DNA of 63,081 bases, counting the filler, from Hausera hauseri (taxonomy: Eukaryota), in assembly GCA_046269625.1 (NCBI GenBank). It is 10 parts of 10 records of this genome, joined end to end, with 100 filler letters (N's around TTAATTAATTAA, not from the genome) between each part and the next. Parts side by side here need not be neighbours in the genome. Positions count along the whole stretch, not along the records: positions 58,776 to 63,081 come from JBJURY010645886.1; 9 more parts are not named here. One strand, 5' to 3'. Position 1 is the stretch's first letter. Every line of letters begins with the position of its first letter. The position numbers were made by a program, and so were the translations under genes. The notes under the pieces were generated by a model. It did not search any database. It saw nothing but the letters and a program-made list of their open reading frames with translations, and was not told the DNA's origin. Positions 62,150-63,081 of the stretch are shown here, piece after piece.

Positions 62150-62744
62150 ATTCCTCAGACTTACTAATATGCAAGTCCCAAACGGCCAATATTGACTACT
62201 TTAATCCGTGGGGCATAATCAACACAAGAAAAACCATCCATTTTTCACAAATGGACATTTAAAGCAACATAAAAGACCCATCAGTCAAGTGTTCCGACAC
62301 TTCTGTGTTCGTGTTGACATAAATGAAGATCAAATCCATTTTCACAAACAATCTGACTCATTTCCTTATACTGTACCATGTTGCATATGGACGTATTAAT
62401 AACCAGCCAATTAAGGTTTCCGACATCAACTTTTGATACGAAATGAGTTCGAGATTTGCCAGTAATGAATTTATTGATGGTATCAGAGACTTCTGGTATT
62501 ACGACAGTCCAGTTGTCGTTGAGAACTCCAATGTAATATGCATTTCCGTAATACAGTCTTTAATTTCATAGTACTCATCTGGATTGAGAAATACGAATGA
62601 ACGTGTTTCACACTTCAGATGATTTCGACACAGACCTAGTCTTTGCTTTTCTTTTCTATACGTGTTGACGCCATTCATGTCAAATGGCACAATGAATACA
62701 ACAGTGATCATTGCTACAATTGATAACAATTCAATTTCCTTCAT
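62150..62744 (-). pseudogene. Decayed secreted Cys-containing protein
   Basis: Signal-like MKEIELLSIVAMITVVFIV; protein-like reading continues past the stop at 62499. Confidence 0.3.
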
Positions 62745-63081
62745 TTAGTACTCAATTGGTTGATGACGATTATTCAAATGACTGACTCTTTAGTAATCTG
62801 ATATTCTGTGGATTTTTCGGTTTTTGTCTTGTTCGATTAACGAGGATGAACTAGAATTCACATTTTTATTAAGCGAAACTAATCCAACAGAAATTACTGA
62901 AACACGTGTTACGGGTGACACAAAAAAAGAGATTCAGGTGATGCGAGTTCTCCTTAAAATGAAAGAGTTTCGTGCTGATTGCTTAACGGTACTGTCGAGT
63001 ATGGTAGAACCGACGGAACTTAATGCGGCAGATAATGTTAAAAAAACTCATGTTGGCTGCTGTATTTCATGAAGGTCTGCA

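Noticed and set aside
1-63081. Alternative genetic code explaining the many in-frame stops
   Set aside because: All three stop types and frameshifts occur, they differ between homologous copies, and TAF2 is intact in the standard code; this is ordinary decay

Overview
Eukaryotic, AT-rich, most likely invertebrate animal DNA. Ten contigs are joined by nine artificial 100-bp spacers (N44-TTAATTAATTAA-N44), so adjacency across spacers is unproven. The window is mostly a nested mobile-element graveyard. (1) One intact intronless TAF2-like gene. (2) Several decayed Polinton/Maverick (adintovirus-like) elements: integrase, A32/FtsK packaging ATPase, a capsid fragment, three protein-primed PolB copies and six AGTAG-type termini; one element carries a TBP-like gene. 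(3) Two CsRn1-type Gypsy copies. (4) Fossils of LINE, Penelope, Chapaev-3, mariner and pogo elements. (5) A 3.9-kb (TTCG)n array and a cluster of small RING-finger ORFs. The most striking object is a Ty3/Gypsy family present in two decayed copies. Its reconstructed order is Gag(CCHC) - unknown domain - chuvirus/gB-like class III fusion glycoprotein - PR - RT - RNase H - IN - signal peptide/FN3/TM protein - DEDD-exonuclease-like domain. The fusogen therefore lies between gag and pol, a second membrane protein follows integrase, and the whole may once have been one membrane-threaded polyprotein. All protein calls come from motif recognition by eye; no searches were run, and boundaries of decayed features are approximate.
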